A stretch of DNA of 7,814 bases from a virus (Duplodnaviria > Heunggongvirae > Uroviricota > Caudoviricetes), in the IMG/VR virus record IMGVR_UViG_2617270988_000018. One strand, written 5' to 3'. Positions 7,533-7,814 of the stretch are shown here, piece after piece. Position 1 is the first letter of the stretch, and each line of letters opens with the position of its first letter. The position numbers were made by a program, and so were the translations under genes. The notes beneath the pieces were generated by a model that did no database searches, was not told the origin of the DNA, and was given only the letters and a program-made list of their open reading frames with translations.

Positions 7533-7561
7533 TTGTTTTATAAGGATAAATTAACTAAAAT
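7533..7561 (+). promoter_or_regulatory. Candidate sigma70 promoter for ogr: -35 TTGTTT (7533..7538), 17-bp spacer, -10 TAAAAT (7556..7561)
   Basis: AT-rich 81-bp intergenic region between D and ogr. Hexamers and spacing read directly from the sequence. A GAAGAGG SD follows at 7581..7587. Confidence 0.4.
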
Positions 7562-7595
7562 GGCACCATCAACAAAACCGGAAGAGGTGCTCGCG

Positions 7596-7814
7596 ATGTT
7601 TCATTGTCCTTTATGCCAGCATGCCGCACATGCGCGTACAAGTCGCTATATCACTGACACGACAAAAGAGCGTTATCACCAGTGTCAGAACGTGAATTGC
7701 AGCGCCACGTTCATCACTTATGAGTCGGTACAGCGATACATCGTGAAGCCGGGAGAAGTCCACGCCGTGAGGCCGCACCCGTTGCCGTCAGGGCAGCAAA
7801 TTATGTGGATGTAA
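7596..7814 (+). CDS. ogr: Late-gene transcriptional activator Ogr (Cys4 zinc finger, Ogr/Delta family)
   Basis: 72-aa product MFHCPLCQHAAHARTSRYITDTTKERYHQCQNVNCSATF... with a C-X2-C...C-X4-C zinc-binding arrangement, matching P2 Ogr by recollection. Start set at ATG 7596 (preceded by an SD) rather than the upstream ATG 7533 of the 93-aa track ORF. TAA stop is at the window end. Confidence 0.93.
   Translation: MFHCPLCQHAAHARTSRYITDTTKERYHQCQNVNCSATFITYESVQRYIVKPGEVHAVRPHPLPSGQQIMWM

Noticed and set aside
7533-7595. Upstream ATG giving a 93-aa Ogr
   Set aside because: Ogr-family proteins begin MFHCPLC. ATG 7596 has an SD (GAAGAGG), whereas 7533 lies inside the AT-rich promoter region without one.
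1-7814. Possibility of a CRISPR array, tRNA/ncRNA gene, IS element or a defence system
   Set aside because: No direct-repeat/spacer periodicity, no tRNA-like cloverleaf candidates, and no terminal inverted repeats or transposase ORFs were seen. Every gap between genes is under 90 bp and is accounted for by RBSs, promoters or the frameshift extension.

Overview
This window is the right-hand tail-gene block of a P2-like (Peduovirus-type) prophage or phage from an enterobacterium, and it is almost entirely canonical. On the + strand it carries a Gin/Pin/Cin-family serine DNA invertase (559..1152), then the P2 late operon FI (sheath), FII (tube), E and the E+E' frameshift product, T (tape measure), U and D, and finally ogr (late-gene activator) ending exactly at the window edge. 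The only accessory, non-P2 part is the left ~1.15 kb: a minus-strand tail-fibre C-terminal cassette (1..477) joined to a 26-bp gix/hix/cix-like crossover site (478..503) next to the invertase. This is a Mu G-segment-style host-range inversion switch sitting where P2 itself carries Z/fun. I found no tRNA, CRISPR array, IS element or evidence of a new defence or other system; all long antisense ORFs are best explained as artefacts. Protein identifications rest on recalled similarity to P2, Gin, Pin and Ogr sequences and lengths, not on a database search.
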